From positions 1,662-65,661 of the forward strand of contig JAUYKW010000008.1 in assembly GCA_030698395.1 (NCBI GenBank): a stretch of 64,000 bases of DNA, read 5' to 3'. Of the stretch, positions 60,443 to 64,000 are shown one piece after another. The notes under the pieces were generated by a model. The model did no database searches and had not been told where the DNA came from. It saw only the letters and a list, made by a program, of their open reading frames with translations. The translations under genes were made by a program, and so were the position numbers. Position 1 is the first letter of the stretch, and every line of letters starts with the position of its first letter. This DNA comes from a bacterium. GTDB taxonomy: Bacteria > Patescibacteriota > Patescibacteriia > UBA9570.

Positions 60443-60835
60443 ATGACAGACCCAATTGCTGATATGCTAACTAGAATAAGGAATGCACAGGCTATAAACA
60501 AGCCCTTTGTTGACGTTCCTTCTTCAAAAATAAAACAAAGTCTTGCTAACATTCTTCAAGAAGAAGGATATATAATAAATTTTTCTGTTGAAGAGAAATA
60601 TGGTAGACCAAATCTAAAGATAGAACTAAAGTATTCAACAACTGGTGATTCAGTTATTAAATCTTTAAAAAGAATTAGTAAGCCTGGCAGGAGAGTCTAT
60701 TCAGGAAAGAAAGAATTGCCATACGTGTTAAATAATCTTGGTATTGCTGTTATTTCTACATCACATGGATTGATGACTAATAAACTTGCTCGCGAGCGTA
60801 ACCTTGGTGGCGAGGTATTATGTGAAATTTATTAA
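60443..60835 (+). CDS. rpsH: 30S ribosomal protein uS8
   Basis: DPIADMLTRIRN, ISKPGRR, GGEV. Confidence 0.97.
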   Translation: MTDPIADMLTRIRNAQAINKPFVDVPSSKIKQSLANILQEEGYIINFSVEEKYGRPNLKIELKYSTTGDSVIKSLKRISKPGRRVYSGKKELPYVLNNLGIAVISTSHGLMTNKLARERNLGGEVLCEIY

Positions 60836-60840
60836 AAAGT

Positions 60841-61392
60841 ATGTCTAGAAAATCAAATAAACCAATAGCATATCCGGAAACAGTTACTGTAACATTTGCA
60901 GATAATGTTTTAGTTGTTAAAGGAGCAAAGGCAGAGTTGAAGTTAGATGTTCATCCTTTTGTGAAAGTAGAAGTTAATGAAAAAGATAGAACAGTTATTT
61001 TAACCGTAGCAGAGCCAGAAAATAAGGAACAGAGATCACTTTGGGGAACATTTGGTGCTCATGTGCAAAATATGATCGTTGGTGTAACAGAAGGTTATAA
61101 GAAACAATTAGAAATAAATGGTGTAGGTTATGGATTTGATCTGGTTGGTAATAAATTAACTATTAAAGCTGGATATTCTCATCCTGTGATAATGGAAGTT
61201 CCAGTTGGTATTGAAGCATCTCAAGATAAGAATTTATTAACATTAGCGTCTCATGATAAACAGTTAGTAGGTCAGTTTGCTGCAGAAATTAGAAAGGTAA
61301 GGAAGCCCGAGCCATACAAAGGAAAGGGCATTAAATATGTAGATGAAGTTATTATTAGAAAACAAGGTAAACAATCTGCTAGTGCAGGATAA
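60841..61392 (+). CDS. rplF: 50S ribosomal protein uL6
   Basis: GVGY, GYSHP, PEPYKGKGI. Confidence 0.97.
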   Translation: MSRKSNKPIAYPETVTVTFADNVLVVKGAKAELKLDVHPFVKVEVNEKDRTVILTVAEPENKEQRSLWGTFGAHVQNMIVGVTEGYKKQLEINGVGYGFDLVGNKLTIKAGYSHPVIMEVPVGIEASQDKNLLTLASHDKQLVGQFAAEIRKVRKPEPYKGKGIKYVDEVIIRKQGKQSASAG

Positions 61393-61397
61393 TACGT

Positions 61398-61751
61398 ATG
61401 AACAAACAAATTATAAAAAATCAAAGACATTCACGACGTAAAGCTAGAGTTCGTGCTAAAGTAATGGGTACAAGCTCACGACCACGTTTGTCTGTGTATC
61501 GAAGTTTACAATATGTGTATGCACAGTTGATTGATGATGAGAATAGTAAAGTTCTTGCTGCTGCTACTGATAAAAAAATGGAGAAGAAAAGCACTAAAAC
61601 AGAAAATGCAAAAGCAGTAGGTTTAGCAATAGGTGAAGCAGCTAAGAAACAAGGCATCTTAGAAGCTGTATTTGATCGCGGTGGAAGAACATTCCATGGT
61701 CGAGTAAAAGCAGTAGCAGAAGGTGCACGTGAAAGTGGATTAAAATTTTAA
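61398..61751 (+). CDS. rplR: 50S ribosomal protein uL18
   Basis: RPRLSVYRS, FDRGG..FHGRV. Confidence 0.96.
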   Translation: MNKQIIKNQRHSRRKARVRAKVMGTSSRPRLSVYRSLQYVYAQLIDDENSKVLAAATDKKMEKKSTKTENAKAVGLAIGEAAKKQGILEAVFDRGGRTFHGRVKAVAEGARESGLKF

Positions 61752-61754
61752 TAT

Positions 61755-62258
61755 ATGGCTAAGATAAGACGAAAAAAACAATCAGAACGAGATCGTCCTA
61801 AGGATGAATTTGAACAGCGAATCGTAGATTTGGCTCGTGTTACTCGAGTAATGGCGGGTGGAAAAAGAATGCGTTTTCGAGCTTGTGTTGTTGTGGGTGA
61901 TAAAAAAGGAAAAGTAGGTGCGGCTATTTCAAAAGGCCATGATGTTGCTGGTGCTGTAAATAAAGCTGTAAAAAAAGCCAAGAAGAACTTAATAACAGTT
62001 CCTCTAGTAAATGGTACAATTCCACATGAGGTTAACCTTAAGTATTCAAGCGCTCAGATTTTATTGAAGCCAGCTCGTAAGGGTAGAGGATTGATTGCTG
62101 GTGGTGCCGTGCGTTCTGTTTTGGAATTAGCCGGTGTACCAAATATCGTTGCAAAAATGAAAGGATCTCGAAATAAAATTAATAACGTTGGTGCAGTGAT
62201 GGAAGCTTTGAAATCATTGAGAACTAAAGAATCTATAGAGCGGACTAAATCAAGCTAA
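61755..62258 (+). CDS. rpsE: 30S ribosomal protein uS5
   Basis: RVTRVMAGG, TIPHEV, AGGAVR.VLELAG. Confidence 0.96.
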   Translation: MAKIRRKKQSERDRPKDEFEQRIVDLARVTRVMAGGKRMRFRACVVVGDKKGKVGAAISKGHDVAGAVNKAVKKAKKNLITVPLVNGTIPHEVNLKYSSAQILLKPARKGRGLIAGGAVRSVLELAGVPNIVAKMKGSRNKINNVGAVMEALKSLRTKESIERTKSS

Positions 62259-62268
62259 ACTATAAATT

Positions 62269-62682
62269 ATGTTGTCATTAAAAACCGTATCATCTAGACA
62301 AAAGAGAAAACATAAAAAGCGCATTGGACGTGGTAATGCTTCTGGTACTGGTACTTATGCTGGGCGTGGACTTAAAGGTCAGCGTTCTCGATCTGGTGGT
62401 AAGGGTGGATTAAAGCTAAGAGGTTTAAAAGCTACTTTTAAGAGCGTACCGAAAAATAAAGGTTTTAAGAGTATTCAAGTAAAGAAAGACGTTACGAATG
62501 TAGGAACACTTGATAAAATGTATGAAGCTAACAGTATTGTACGACTAGATACACAAAAAATACTAGGACAAGGTGAGTTAACAAAATCTCTTACTGTATA
62601 TGCTGGTGAATTCTCAAAAACAGCTCAAGAAAAAATTGAACAACAAGGTGGAAAGGCAATCAAATGTGGGAAATCGTCTTAA
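62269..62682 (+). CDS. rplO: 50S ribosomal protein uL15
   Basis: RIGRG.ASG.G.YAGRG.KGQRSRSG, KILG.G. Confidence 0.93.
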   Translation: MLSLKTVSSRQKRKHKKRIGRGNASGTGTYAGRGLKGQRSRSGGKGGLKLRGLKATFKSVPKNKGFKSIQVKKDVTNVGTLDKMYEANSIVRLDTQKILGQGELTKSLTVYAGEFSKTAQEKIEQQGGKAIKCGKSS

Positions 62683-63932
62683 AAGTCTGGCGACATAAAG
62701 ATCTTAGAAAAAAGATTGGTTACGTATTAGGTTTGTTAGTAATTTTTAGATTTGCTGCTCATATTCCAATTCCGGGAATTGATATTTCAAATTTAGAAAG
62801 CTTTTTTAATTCTAATGCTTACTTAGGATTATTAAATGTATTTACTGGTGGAGCGTTAGAAAATTTTTCTATCGTGATGCTTGGTGTGGGTCCTTACATT
62901 ACGGCGTCAATTGTATTTCAATTGTTGAACATGATTGTGCCAAAGTTTGAAGAAATGCAAAAGGAAGCAGATGGTCAGAAGAAGATTCAACAATGGACCA
63001 GATATTTATCTGTACCGCTTGCTATGGCTCAGGGTTACGGAACAATCGCCTTATTACAAAGATCTGGTGGTGGAGTAATTGGTGAGTTAAGTGCTATACA
63101 GTGGGTAACAGCAATTACATTAGTTACTGCTGGTAGTGTATTTGTGATGTGGCTAGGTGAATTGATAACAGAAAAGAATATTGGAAATGGTATATCGTTA
63201 ATGATTTTTGCGGCTATTGTGGCTAGAATTCCAACTAGTATTCAACAAATGTTTACTACCTATGATCCGTCTCAATTACCTACAATTGTATTATTTGCAG
63301 CCTTTGCCTTGATAATGATTTATGGAATCGTATTTGTAACAGAAGGGCAACGTAATATTCCAATTGCTACAGCAAGACAATCTCGTGGACAGGCAGGTGT
63401 ACAAACACATTTACCGATTAGAGTGAATCAAGCAGGTGTAATTCCTATCATCTTTGCTGTTTCTTTAGTTTTATTCCCACCAATTATTGGTCAATTTATG
63501 ACTACATCAGCAATCGGCTGGGCTAGTACAGTTGGTTATTTTATAGTTGATGCGTTTAACAATCAATTTATCTATGGTGGATTATATTTTACTTTTGTAT
63601 TCATCTTTACATATTTTTATACAGCTGTGATTTTCAAACCAGAACAGATAGCGGAGAATTTACAAAAGCGTGGTTCTTTTATTCCAGGCGTTAGACCAGG
63701 TAAACCAACCTCAGATTATTTGAATTATATTTCTAATCATATTTTATTATTTGGTGCTATATTTTTAGGAGTTGTTGCAGTTTTACCAGTTGCTCTGCAA
63801 GCATTTGCAGTAGGTGGTGCTAATTCTATGGTGATAGGCGGTACATCTTTACTAATCGTTGTGTCAGTAGCAATTGAGACAGTTAAGCAAATACAAGCTC
63901 AATTACAAGTTAGAGACTACGAACGTTTCTAA
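62664..63932 (+). CDS. secY: Preprotein translocase SecY
   Basis: LGVGPYITASI, GNGISL, AGVIPIIFA, IPGVRPG, GGTSLLI. Confidence 0.97.
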   Translation: MWEIVLKVWRHKDLRKKIGYVLGLLVIFRFAAHIPIPGIDISNLESFFNSNAYLGLLNVFTGGALENFSIVMLGVGPYITASIVFQLLNMIVPKFEEMQKEADGQKKIQQWTRYLSVPLAMAQGYGTIALLQRSGGGVIGELSAIQWVTAITLVTAGSVFVMWLGELITEKNIGNGISLMIFAAIVARIPTSIQQMFTTYDPSQLPTIVLFAAFALIMIYGIVFVTEGQRNIPIATARQSRGQAGVQTHLPIRVNQAGVIPIIFAVSLVLFPPIIGQFMTTSAIGWASTVGYFIVDAFNNQFIYGGLYFTFVFIFTYFYTAVIFKPEQIAENLQKRGSFIPGVRPGKPTSDYLNYISNHILLFGAIFLGVVAVLPVALQAFAVGGANSMVIGGTSLLIVVSVAIETVKQIQAQLQVRDYERF

Positions 63933-63935
63933 AAT

Positions 63936-64000
63936 ATGAATAATATTTTATTATTTGGTCCACAGGGATCAGGCAAAGGTACGCAGGGAGAAAAATTGGC
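63936..64000 (+). CDS. adk: Adenylate kinase (3'-truncated by the window edge)
   Basis: MNNILLFGPQGSGKGTQG after secY. Confidence 0.88.
   Translation, partial: MNNILLFGPQGSGKGTQGEKL

Overview
AT-rich bacterial chromosome segment (roughly 30-35% GC by eye) with every credible gene on the + strand. It looks like a Patescibacteria/CPR genome (inference): the type IV pilus cluster lacks PilP/PilQ in the window, uL30 is absent between rpsE and rplO, r-proteins carry Lys-rich extensions, and gene starts are A-rich, SD-less or leaderless. TGA is used as a stop, so code 11. Contents in order: (1) type IV pilus/competence cluster (1-15.5 kb); (2) ligA, gatC, gatA, a response regulator and ndk; (3) a ~15.4 kb aromatic amino-acid superoperon (aroF, trpEGD-CF-BA, aroB, aroA-K, aroD-E, aroC, pheA, tyrA, chorismate mutase) behind a leader-peptide attenuator with an FWFYFSY run; (4) an unexplained 3.3 kb island (35.87-39.2 kb), the most interesting part of the window. 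It is a tandem array of homologous structured-RNA cassettes: a boxA-like motif, a 5' arm, a long hairpin, a GC-rich SD-led cargo ORF, conserved 3' hairpins, and a 3' arm that pairs with the 5' arm with compensatory changes between copies. One cassette is empty, and two more leader-peptide attenuators sit in the island; (5) a PGM1-type ATP-grasp/M20 peptidase fusion, a probable 6S RNA, tdh-kbl, a ferredoxin and an M50 protease; (6) an interrupted str operon, the S10-spc ribosomal protein cluster to secY, and the start of adk. All calls come from motif recognition and manual base-pairing; no searches or folding programs were run.
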